Source: Nanobdella aerobiophila
GTDB lineage: Archaea; Nanobdellota; Nanobdellia; Nanobdellales; Nanobdellaceae
Reading direction: 5' to 3'
Assembly (NCBI RefSeq): GCF_023169545.1
Contig: NZ_AP019769.1
Coordinates: 636,962 to 668,961 of the forward strand
DNA length: 32,000 nucleotides
Part shown: piece after piece, positions 17,356 through 25,216 of the stretch
How positions within the stretch are numbered: the first letter of the stretch is position 1
Layout: each line of letters starts with the position of its first letter
Position numbers and translations under genes: made by a program
Notes under the pieces: model-generated
Told to the model about the DNA's origin: nothing
Seen by the model: only the letters and a program-made list of their open reading frames with translations
The model's database searches: none

Positions 17356-17973
17356 CTAATACAAAACTTTTACATGACCTTTACATATATTTATTAATTT
17401 TACTTCTCTAGCTACATTTAAAACTTTTGCATTATTTATTATCTCCTCTAATCCACCCGTTTCATGCATATGTCCATGGATATTTAATATTACTTTATTA
17501 TTATTTTTAATAAAATTCATTAATTCTTTACTTCCAGATATATTTAATGAAGACATAGTACCAAAAGGCGGTTCATGAGATAATATAATAATATATTTAT
17601 CATTAAAATTTATAGTACTTAAGAATTTTTTAATTTCTTCTTCCTGTATCATGAATATTGGAACATCTGCCCCACCAAATGCTGCAATTAATAAATTATC
17701 TCTATATATTTTTTTCATATGCAGGTTCTTAATATTGTACTTCTCCATTAAATTAATATTATCATATGTATCATGATTACCTGGTATTATAAATATTTTA
17801 TCTTTGTTTATATGTTCTGTTAATAATTTAATAATTTTTCTATTCAGATATCCTGTATCAGAAATATCACCTAGCAAAAATATATAATCTACATTATTCT
17901 TCTTATACAATTCTATTATCTTATATATAATTCGGATATCATTATGTATATCTGATGATACAATTATATTCAT
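17356..17973 (-). CDS. Metallophosphoesterase (calcineurin-like, YfcE/MJ0936-type)
   Basis: Motifs SDIHND, LLGDISDTG, PGNHDT and NIHGHMHETGG. ATGA overlap with the upstream GTPase gene. Confidence 0.8.
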   Translation of the reverse strand: MNIIVSSDIHNDIRIIYKIIELYKKNNVDYIFLLGDISDTGYLNRKIIKLLTEHINKDKIFIIPGNHDTYDNINLMEKYNIKNLHMKKIYRDNLLIAAFGGADVPIFMIQEEEIKKFLSTINFNDKYIIILSHEPPFGTMSSLNISGSKELMNFIKNNNKVILNIHGHMHETGGLEEIINNAKVLNVAREVKLINICKGHVKVLY

Positions 17974-18917
17974 ATAAAAAGATTATCCTTAGTTTTTATA
18001 TATTTTATTAAATATTCTTTTAATTCTTCATAATTAGTAAAATACTTATATTTTATCTTATCTCTTATATATTGAATTATCTTATTTTCTCTATCTGTAA
18101 ACAAATCTGATTTAGAAAAATAAATAATTAATTCCTTGTCTAATATCTTTCTTATGCTCTTAAGGACATTTAACTGCTCTTTTATACTAAAACCAGATGT
18201 ACCAGTTATATCTATAACATATATTATTAAATTTGCTAGATAATTTAGTGCTAATATAGACTTTCTTTCTATATAATTTAATTCTTCTATATCTCTATCT
18301 AATATACCTGGTGTATCTATAATTTGAATCTTAAAATATGGGGTATCTATATATCCCAGCATTAAATCTTTTGTAGTAAAAGGATATTGATCAATTTTTA
18401 CTTTAGAACCTGTTAAATTCTTTAATAAGGTACTTTTACCAACATTTGGCAAACCTGCAATAACAACAGTTGGGTAGTTCTTAATATCTGGTAAATTACT
18501 CCTAAATTTTTCATAATTCTTATAATAATTAAATATTTTTTTATTTCTCTTAATAATACTTGATATTCTACCATAATATTCTTTCAAATATTTATAAGAT
18601 TGCTCTCTATCTTTTATATTTCTTAATTTCTTATTATATTCTTTAAATATATTCCTAATAAATTTCCTTAAATAACCAATTCTTGACCTTAGTTTTTTAA
18701 TATTTATTTCTGGCATAATTAATGAATATAACTCCTCATAAAATTTATTAGAAGGATCTATAATATTATTATATATTTTTTCTAATCTTGAATCTAAATA
18801 TTGATAAACAACTTCTGCTTTTTTTATATTTCTTTCTCTAAAATCATATATTGATAAGGTATCTCTCTTCGCTCTTCTAAATGCATTACCTAAAAATTCT
18901 TCAAAAAAACTATGCAT
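17970..18917 (-). CDS. NOG1-family GTP-binding protein (archaeal Nog1-like)
   Basis: An N-terminal helical NOG1-type domain, then G1 GLPNVGKSTLLKNLTG, G2 YPFTTKD, G3 DTPGILDR and G4-like FSKSD. Confidence 0.8.
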   Translation of the reverse strand: MHSFFEEFLGNAFRRAKRDTLSIYDFRERNIKKAEVVYQYLDSRLEKIYNNIIDPSNKFYEELYSLIMPEINIKKLRSRIGYLRKFIRNIFKEYNKKLRNIKDREQSYKYLKEYYGRISSIIKRNKKIFNYYKNYEKFRSNLPDIKNYPTVVIAGLPNVGKSTLLKNLTGSKVKIDQYPFTTKDLMLGYIDTPYFKIQIIDTPGILDRDIEELNYIERKSILALNYLANLIIYVIDITGTSGFSIKEQLNVLKSIRKILDKELIIYFSKSDLFTDRENKIIQYIRDKIKYKYFTNYEELKEYLIKYIKTKDNLFI

Positions 18918-19346
18918 CTATTCTATATTTACCTTTTTTCCTGGCGTACCTGGTTTCTTATTTATCTCTATTTTTAGTACTCCATCTTCATATCTCGCCT
19001 TTATGCTATTTTCATCCGCATCTTCAGGTAATGTTATTAATCTCTGATATGCAGAAAATATTCTTTCCGATCTGATATATCCTTCCTTTTCCTCTTTCTT
19101 TTCATTTTTTCTCTTTGCATGCACCTTTAATTTATTGTTTACAATTGATATATCTATATCCTTTTTATCCACACCTGGTAAGTCCATTTCAATTAAATAT
19201 CTATCTCCCTTATCTATTAGATCCATTAATGGTTCTTCATAATCTACATTAATTTTGTTATTTATTATAGACCCCATACCTTTCATAAATCTCCTCATTA
19301 ATCTCAGTTGCCTTTTCCATTCCCTATCAAATATGTCGTCATCCAT
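18918..19346 (-). CDS. hsp20: Small heat-shock protein, Hsp20/alpha-crystallin family
   Basis: DLIDKGDRYLIEMDLPGVDKKDIDISIVNNKLKVHAKR...ARYEDGVLKIEINKK is the alpha-crystallin domain. The stop directly abuts the GTPase start. Confidence 0.85.
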   Translation of the reverse strand: MDDDIFDREWKRQLRLMRRFMKGMGSIINNKINVDYEEPLMDLIDKGDRYLIEMDLPGVDKKDIDISIVNNKLKVHAKRKNEKKEEKEGYIRSERIFSAYQRLITLPEDADENSIKARYEDGVLKIEINKKPGTPGKKVNIE

Positions 19347-19377
19347 ATTTATATATTCGAAAAAATTAATTTAAGTA

Positions 19378-20238
19378 TTATTTATAAGATAATAATGAAA
19401 AATAATCTACAACATTGATTTCTGACCCATTTATTTCTGAAGAACTTATATGGCTATATAAATCAAATTTTCTATCAAATAATTTATTATATTCTATGAA
19501 GATTATAAATGGATATTTTCCACAAAAAACAAGACTATTAGTGTTTTTATATATAAAATTAGAATCAAGATTAATAATTTTATTTATATAATAATTATCT
19601 TCATCTTTTATGTTCTCTGTAATATTTTTCTCATATTTTATATAACTGTATTCTGGACCGTGGTGCAATAGATTTCCAGTAAATAATACAAATATTTTCC
19701 TCCCCAACTCCTCTGAGATTTCTTTTAATACCTTGGCAAATTGCTGAGCCTTATCTATATCTATTTTCTTAACTAATATCGTTAATATCTTTATATCATT
19801 AAATAAATACCTTATTATTGGTAGATTTACTTGTACAGAATGTTCATATTTAAATGGCAGTGGATCTTCATATATATCAAAACTATTAATTAATTTTCTA
19901 CCAAATAATATATCTGTTTTTAATGTTCCTATACTTGTATACCAATCATCCAATAATAATGATAAGCTTATACCCAGATTACTATGATTTGGCCCTATGA
20001 TTACTAATGTATCGAAATTGAAATTCTCATATATATCTTTATATAAATTTATAGAATTTGGCAATAAATAATTGTAGTTTGAATGTGGGACTATACCTGA
20101 TATTATATCTTTTTCTTTCTTTATCTCTTTTGGTATATATCCAGGACCATATTTTTTATTTAAAAATGAATACTCTATTAATGAAAGCAAATCTGATCTA
20201 TCATTAGGATAAAAACCTCTTGAATTTATAAATATCAT
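19378..20238 (-). CDS. MEMO1-family protein (AmmeMemoRadiSam system protein B-like)
   Basis: SRGFYPNDRSDLLSLIE, ISGIVPHSNYNY and LVIIGPNHS match the Memo-like dioxygenase-fold signature. No AMMECR1 or radical-SAM partner is in the window. Confidence 0.7.
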   Translation of the reverse strand: MIFINSRGFYPNDRSDLLSLIEYSFLNKKYGPGYIPKEIKKEKDIISGIVPHSNYNYLLPNSINLYKDIYENFNFDTLVIIGPNHSNLGISLSLLLDDWYTSIGTLKTDILFGRKLINSFDIYEDPLPFKYEHSVQVNLPIIRYLFNDIKILTILVKKIDIDKAQQFAKVLKEISEELGRKIFVLFTGNLLHHGPEYSYIKYEKNITENIKDEDNYYINKIINLDSNFIYKNTNSLVFCGKYPFIIFIEYNKLFDRKFDLYSHISSSEINGSEINVVDYFSLLSYK

Positions 20239-20289
20239 AAAAATCTATAGAAAAATTTATTTATTAATTTTTTTCTTTATCTTATTCTT

Positions 20290-21099
20290 ATGAAAATTGG
20301 TTTGGAGATACATCAGCAGATAAATACTAAAAACAAATTATTCTGTAATTGTAATACAGATCTAAAAGAAGATTATAAATATAGAATTGAAAGAAAATTA
20401 AGAGCTACTTTGAGCGAAACTGGAAAAAAAGATATAGCAGCAGAATATGAAACAATAAAAGATAAAAAATATATATATGAATATGATAAAGATTATGCTT
20501 GTTTAGTAGAATTGGATGAAGAGCCTCCAAAATATATAAATTTAGATGCATTAAAATTTGGAATATTAATTTCCACATATTTTAATATGTACATACCTAG
20601 AGTGTTACAAATTATGAGAAAAATTGTTGTAGACGGATCTAATACATCTGGTTTCCAGAGAACACTATTATTATCATTAGATGGAAAATTAAATTATAAA
20701 AATATAGGAATTGGAACTCTATGTATTGAAGAAGATGCAGCTAGAAAGATAGAAGAAAAAGATGATTATATAATATATAGGCTGGATAGATTAGGAATAC
20801 CATTAATAGAGATATCTACAGATCCCGATATAAAGGATCCAAAAGAAGCAAAAGAAGTAGCCGAATATATTGGATTAATATTAAGGCTATCTGGAAAAGT
20901 AAAAAGGGGTTTAGGAACGATAAGACAAGATCTAAATGTTTCAATAGAAGGAGGGAATAAGGTAGAGATAAAAGGTGTACAGAACTTAAAAATCATTGAT
21001 AAAATTGTAGACCTTGAAGCAAAAAGACAAGAAAAAATTTTAGAACTAATAAATATTGCTAAAGAAAGAGGCATAGAAGGATATGTATTAGAAGAATAG
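20290..21099 (+). CDS. gatE: Glutamyl-tRNA(Gln) amidotransferase subunit E, N-terminal fragment only (269 aa; split gene or truncation)
   Basis: MKIGLEIHQQINTKNKLFCNCNT...CLVELDEEPP...MRKIVVDGSNTSGFQRT...IEEDAARKI...YRLDRLGIPLIEISTDP...KVKRGLGTIRQDLNVSIEGGNKVEIKGVQNL...EAKRQ is collinear with the GatE catalytic cradle. Full-length GatE is about 600+ aa. A TAG at 21097-21099 ends the ORF and the next gene (21132) is unrelated. Confidence 0.85.
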   Translation: MKIGLEIHQQINTKNKLFCNCNTDLKEDYKYRIERKLRATLSETGKKDIAAEYETIKDKKYIYEYDKDYACLVELDEEPPKYINLDALKFGILISTYFNMYIPRVLQIMRKIVVDGSNTSGFQRTLLLSLDGKLNYKNIGIGTLCIEEDAARKIEEKDDYIIYRLDRLGIPLIEISTDPDIKDPKEAKEVAEYIGLILRLSGKVKRGLGTIRQDLNVSIEGGNKVEIKGVQNLKIIDKIVDLEAKRQEKILELINIAKERGIEGYVLEE

Positions 21100-21131
21100 A
21101 CTTATATTTTTTAATAAATTTTATTTAAAAT

Positions 21132-21611
21132 ATGAAAAGTCAATTTGGTACTATAATAGTAGAGGTAATATTATTTATAGTAGCTGCTATAGCTGCATAT
21201 ATCTTTGTATCTACTGCTTATACAAATTTAAATGATATAAGTAATGCAGCAACCGCAAACTCAAAATCTTTGGAAAGTCAATTACAAACCTATATAACCA
21301 TAGATTCTTGCGCATATAATAGTTCTACAGATTTATTATATATATATTCAACCAATAGAGGAAATAATGTATTAAATCAAAACTTAACATTATTATTTAT
21401 TAATGGAGTTTTAATAAATAATACAATAATTACCATAGCAAATAGTAATACTGGTACAGCTGCATGGGGTCCTTATGATACTATATTAATAGAATCTAAT
21501 ATAACTCTTAATTCAAATTTTTATAATATAAAGCTAGTTACAGACACTGGTGCTTCTGCAGAAAATATAATATATGTAAATACAACAAGTAATATATGTA
21601 CAATAGAATGA
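21132..21611 (+). CDS. Class III signal peptide protein (type IV pilin / archaellin-fold-like), 159 aa
   Basis: MKSQFG-TIIVEVILFIVAAIAAYIFV has a short charged leader ending in Gly, then a hydrophobic helix. Next comes a sequon-rich beta-type domain (NSS, NLT, NNT, NIT, NTT), and LLYIYSTNRGNNVLNQNLTLLFINGVL resembles archaellin/FlaF/FlaG-type sandwich strands. Confidence 0.6.
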   Translation: MKSQFGTIIVEVILFIVAAIAAYIFVSTAYTNLNDISNAATANSKSLESQLQTYITIDSCAYNSSTDLLYIYSTNRGNNVLNQNLTLLFINGVLINNTIITIANSNTGTAAWGPYDTILIESNITLNSNFYNIKLVTDTGASAENIIYVNTTSNICTIE

Positions 21612-22054
21612 GATCAGACTTAGGATCAATAATAGGAGCAATAATAGGATTTGTTATATTTTCATTATCTTTATTTGCTTTATATTTTATATTAAATAAC
21701 TCTTTTGCATCATATAAATATACTGCAAATTCTATAAATGAAGAAATAAGAAATATTATAGGAGAGAATATTGAATTTTTAGATAATCAAACTACATATA
21801 TAAATCCAAATATTACAATATATAATAATGGAAATAAGGCCTTAGATTTATCTTGTTTTCAATTATATGTAAATGGTTATTATACATCCTTTAATTATAG
21901 CATAAATTATTTATATCCATCAAATTTATTATTACCTGGAGAAAATGCTACCATATATTTTTCAAACAACTATATAGAGAATAATTCTTATAATTATATA
22001 ATATTTATGAGTTGTTATGGAGACAGGTTTCAAACTTTAATATATGTAAGTTGA
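21608..22054 (+). CDS. Class III signal peptide / FlaF-FlaG-like small anchored protein, ~148 aa
   Basis: MRSDLG-SIIGAIIGFVIFSLSLFALYF leader plus helix. ITIYNNGNKALDLSCFQLYVNGYY resembles the archaellin-family beta-sandwich. The ATG at 21608 overlaps the upstream TGA (ATGA); the track's alternative ATG is at 21596. Confidence 0.6.
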   Translation: MRSDLGSIIGAIIGFVIFSLSLFALYFILNNSFASYKYTANSINEEIRNIIGENIEFLDNQTTYINPNITIYNNGNKALDLSCFQLYVNGYYTSFNYSINYLYPSNLLLPGENATIYFSNNYIENNSYNYIIFMSCYGDRFQTLIYVS

Positions 22055-22064
22055 TATATTTAAA

Positions 22065-24032
22065 ATGAGATTACAAGGAGAATCATTAGCGGTAATAATA
22101 TTATTCATTATTGGAGCTATATCAGCTTTTATGCTATATAATATATTAAGACCAAATTATAATTCTTTAACCCCCACTGGAGAATCTATCGCAAATTCAT
22201 TAAGTATTAATTTTCAATTATTAAATTATTATATAACAAATAATACTTTATTTGTATATGTAAAACCATCAGAACCTGTAAATGCATCTCAAGTATTTGC
22301 TATAGTAAATAATAACTCTGCTCTTGTATACCCATATAATTCAAATAATGATATTGTTAATCCAAATCAAAATCAATTATTGTTAATTGTTGATAATTTA
22401 TCTCAAACTTCTTTGGATCAAAATGGCAACTATAAGATAACCATAGGTTTATCAAATGATATAATAGGAATATTTAGTATTAAATATGAATCAAATCCTT
22501 TACAAAAATTCTTTCACCCTATAATAGAAAATAATATTACAAATATAATTAACAATGTAACGACAAACGTAAATAATTATTATGAATTAATATTATATAA
22601 TACGCAATCTATTCCAACTCCAGCACCATTTCAACAAGATATAGCTATATGTAATGGATCTACATCATTAGTACAGAATCCTTATTTTAGTATAGTTGGT
22701 AATGCATCTTCGACAGGTTCAACATCTGCCTCAGTAACATTACCTACAGGTGCTAATATTTATTTATGTAATGGAGGTGATGGAAATGGTGCTTTATCTT
22801 CATATTCCTGGACTGCTCAAGAAACAACACAAAATACTTATGCAAGTTTAGGATATCAAAGTTCTAATGTGTGTTCAGATTCTTCAGGATCTACTGATAT
22901 TGTAGTTGGAGGTGTTGCCATAAATACTAATGAATATGAAAATTTTGTTGGAACAACATTTAATGGTGTAAATTCTTTCTCTTATACATATAATGTAACT
23001 AATACATCTAATGTTGTCATTTCTGTTGCATGTGGATGGTATGCATGCACATCCGTAACATTACCTTCTGGATGCCAAAAGTTATTTGATACCATAGGAG
23101 GAGATACATATGAAACTACGGTAATGGGTGTATGTTATAATCAAACAGCAGGTAGTTATACAGTTTCTGGATCATTAAATGGAGGAGGCTATGTTTCTGT
23201 AGGTATATATGAATTTAGTACAATCCCTCCAAGGTTGAATACATCCCTATCTTATGTAAATAATATTACTTTATATAATGAAATAAATTCTAATGGATCT
23301 AATGTATACTTTTTTTCTAATCCTTCTAATCCTACAGGATCATTATTATATTCTTGGTACGAAGGACAAGAAAATACTAATGGAGTATCATGCGACATTT
23401 GGTGGGTAAATATTAGTAATGGAATACCTGCAAATAGTAATATAACAATATATATGGATATAGGAAATACAAGTACAAATTATTATTCACAATATTATCC
23501 ATATGTAGGTGTATCTTATAATGTTTTAGGAACATTTAATTATGATAATGGTAATTATGTATTTAATTATTATGAAAAATGGGGGAATTTAAGCTCTTTA
23601 CCAGTAGGGTGGAATAATTTAGATTCTGTAAGTGTATCTTTTAGCCAAAATTATACATCTTTTGTTCAAACAAGTTCTAATAACTATTGGTATGGTTTAT
23701 ATTATCCATTATCGAATTCTAATTTACAAAATAGACCTTTGTTATTATTATCATATTATTACTCCTATCCTAACGGAAATACAAACTATTTTGGAATCAC
23801 AAGCCAAACACCAGTAGTCAGTAATACAAATTATTATACATACTATGTAACACAAACATCCCCAGGTTATTATAATAGCTTGTTATATGTTTCTTCTGGA
23901 ACTGCTACAGATACAATAGGATATTTAGTATATGTCCCCGGCAGTATAACTGGTTCTTATTTTAATTTATATTGGACTGCTGTTGCTTCATATCCTCCTA
24001 ATGGAGTTATGCCTGAAGTCTTTATACAATAA
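22065..24032 (+). CDS. Pilin-like N-terminus fused to a large extracellular DUF2341/lectin-like module (655 aa); candidate filament-borne adhesin
   Basis: MRLQG-ESLAVIILFIIGAISAFMLY is class III-like. There are ~180 unique aa, then 472 aa identical to residues of the 25217-29179 protein. These include NVYFFSNPSNPTGSLLYSWYEGQENTNGVSCDIWWVNISNGIPANSNITIYMDIGNTS (the DUF2341-like pattern as I recall it), followed by a ConA/LamG-like Tyr/Asn-rich region. Confidence 0.7.
   Translation: MRLQGESLAVIILFIIGAISAFMLYNILRPNYNSLTPTGESIANSLSINFQLLNYYITNNTLFVYVKPSEPVNASQVFAIVNNNSALVYPYNSNNDIVNPNQNQLLLIVDNLSQTSLDQNGNYKITIGLSNDIIGIFSIKYESNPLQKFFHPIIENNITNIINNVTTNVNNYYELILYNTQSIPTPAPFQQDIAICNGSTSLVQNPYFSIVGNASSTGSTSASVTLPTGANIYLCNGGDGNGALSSYSWTAQETTQNTYASLGYQSSNVCSDSSGSTDIVVGGVAINTNEYENFVGTTFNGVNSFSYTYNVTNTSNVVISVACGWYACTSVTLPSGCQKLFDTIGGDTYETTVMGVCYNQTAGSYTVSGSLNGGGYVSVGIYEFSTIPPRLNTSLSYVNNITLYNEINSNGSNVYFFSNPSNPTGSLLYSWYEGQENTNGVSCDIWWVNISNGIPANSNITIYMDIGNTSTNYYSQYYPYVGVSYNVLGTFNYDNGNYVFNYYEKWGNLSSLPVGWNNLDSVSVSFSQNYTSFVQTSSNNYWYGLYYPLSNSNLQNRPLLLLSYYYSYPNGNTNYFGITSQTPVVSNTNYYTYYVTQTSPGYYNSLLYVSSGTATDTIGYLVYVPGSITGSYFNLYWTAVASYPPNGVMPEVFIQ
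22598..24013 (+). repeat. Copy A of a 1,416-bp perfect direct repeat (in-frame coding)
   Basis: Line-by-line comparison with 25321-26736 (offset 2,723) found no mismatch. The boundaries are set by the first differing bases: 22597 a vs 25320 c, and 24014 t vs 26737 a. Confidence 0.9.
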
Positions 24033-24059
24033 AAATATTTTTATTCATATTTTTATAAT

Positions 24060-24132
24060 GGTCCAGGTAGCCTAGCGGTAAGGCGTCGGGCTGTGGACCC
24101 GAAGATCGGGGGTTCAAATCCCCTCCTGGACC
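24060..24132 (+). tRNA. tRNA-His (anticodon GUG) with genome-encoded G-1
   Basis: G(-1) GTCCAGG TA GCCT AGCGGTA AGGC G TCGGG CTGTGGA CCCGA AGATC GGGGG TTCAAAT CCCCT CCTGGAC C. G-1 lies opposite C73, the tRNA-His hallmark. The 3' end abuts the stop codon of the convergent gene at 24133. Confidence 0.9.
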
Positions 24133-25050
24133 CTAATGCGTTTCCCAGCTAACTGAATATTCATAACCTAATAATTTTTTCATATAATTTTCTATAGAAA
24201 ATTTTTCCTTATTAGTAATCTTACATAGATTATGCGCTAATTTCAAAAATTTAGGATATTGAAAATCTTTATATATTTCTTCCTTTATAATTTCTTTTAA
24301 TTTATTTATATTTATATTATCTAAGCTTTCTAATCTATATATATGATCATTTACTCTGGCTCTAAAATATAATATATTTATGTTCCTATCAAATATATTA
24401 TCATTAATTTTAGACATTAAATACTCTTTCAAATTCTTTTTTACGATATCTGTATAAAATATTTGATTTGGATATATTTTCATTAGGGCAATCATATCTG
24501 ATCTTTCTAAATTATAAATATTCAAATTTAATATTCTTTTAGCTATAGCAATTATTTTTCCGTTATTTATTATATATTTAAAGTTATTCAAATATTCCTC
24601 TTTCCTTTTTTCTATAAGTTCATCGTATATTTTTGTATTAAATTTAGAAAATAATATTGAATCGGATATTATAGATCCATCAAAAAATATATAATTATCA
24701 ATATATTTTGAAGCTAATTTATATTCTAAATTTTTTGCAAATAATGAAGAAACGTCATTTATATCTATTGTATCATTATCCGTCTTAAAAAATATATTTG
24801 GTAATATTTCTATATCATCAATTTTTTCATATATATTATCCGAAACTATTACAGCTCTTGAATATATATAAGAAAAAGGACCTATAATTCCATTTATAAA
24901 TGAAGAATCTATAAAACCATAATTATTCTTATTAATATCTACATCATCTAGATCTAATAATTTTATATTATTTTTTATATAACTATAATCATCAATTTTT
25001 AATTTATTTATCTTTTCTTCTATATTTTTTATTAATTCTCCAGAAATCAT
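24133..25050 (-). CDS. nurA: NurA-domain-like nuclease (tentative), 305 aa
   Basis: GFIDSSF, IFFDGSIISD, KIIAIAKR, ERSDMIALM, ILYFRARVNDHIYRLES and FQYPKFLKLAHNLCKI line up in order with the conserved NurA blocks as I remember them (..DgS.., ..lDGSL.., ..vgv.K.., ..fY.r...v.R.E.., ..YP..L..AH...). This was not verified with an HMM. No herA, mre11 or rad50 is nearby. Confidence 0.55.
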   Translation of the reverse strand: MISGELIKNIEEKINKLKIDDYSYIKNNIKLLDLDDVDINKNNYGFIDSSFINGIIGPFSYIYSRAVIVSDNIYEKIDDIEILPNIFFKTDNDTIDINDVSSLFAKNLEYKLASKYIDNYIFFDGSIISDSILFSKFNTKIYDELIEKRKEEYLNNFKYIINNGKIIAIAKRILNLNIYNLERSDMIALMKIYPNQIFYTDIVKKNLKEYLMSKINDNIFDRNINILYFRARVNDHIYRLESLDNININKLKEIIKEEIYKDFQYPKFLKLAHNLCKITNKEKFSIENYMKKLLGYEYSVSWETH

Positions 25051-25085
25051 AATTATATATAATTATTTAATTATATAAAATATAT

Positions 25086-25144
25086 CCCTGTCTTAGACGA
25101 ACCAATAAGAAAATATGAATATTGGTATCGAAAGACAGGGTACA
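25086..25144 (+). ncRNA. Extended imperfect hairpin followed by ACA; candidate small structured RNA or leader element
   Basis: CCCTGTCTT (25086-25094) pairs with AAGACAGGG (25132-25140). After an internal loop (AGA / A), CGA (25098-25100) pairs with TCG (25128-25130). After a bulged A127, ACCAATA (25101-25107) pairs with TATTGGT (25120-25126) around a 12-nt loop AGAAAATATGAA. T-ACA follows at 25141-25144. This is the most GC-rich stretch of the 166-bp divergent intergenic region. Confidence 0.25.
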
Positions 25145-25216
25145 GAATATAAACAATTTCGTTAATCCAAATTGATAATTAAACTTTTATATTAGCGGAA
25201 ATATTCCTAAGAATTT

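Noticed and set aside
21100-21131. Stop-codon readthrough or a frameshift extending the gatE fragment.
   Set aside because: The 33-nt gap after the TAG is A/T-only. The downstream ORF encodes a pilin-like protein with its own leader, and no GatE-like sequence appears in any frame downstream.
25108-25119. A K-turn or K-loop in the apical loop of the 25086-25140 hairpin, which would support an H/ACA or L7Ae-binding RNA.
   Set aside because: The loop AGAAAATATGAA lacks the arrangement of a 3-nt bulge followed by tandem sheared G-A pairs. The H/ACA idea is therefore kept only as a low-confidence possibility.
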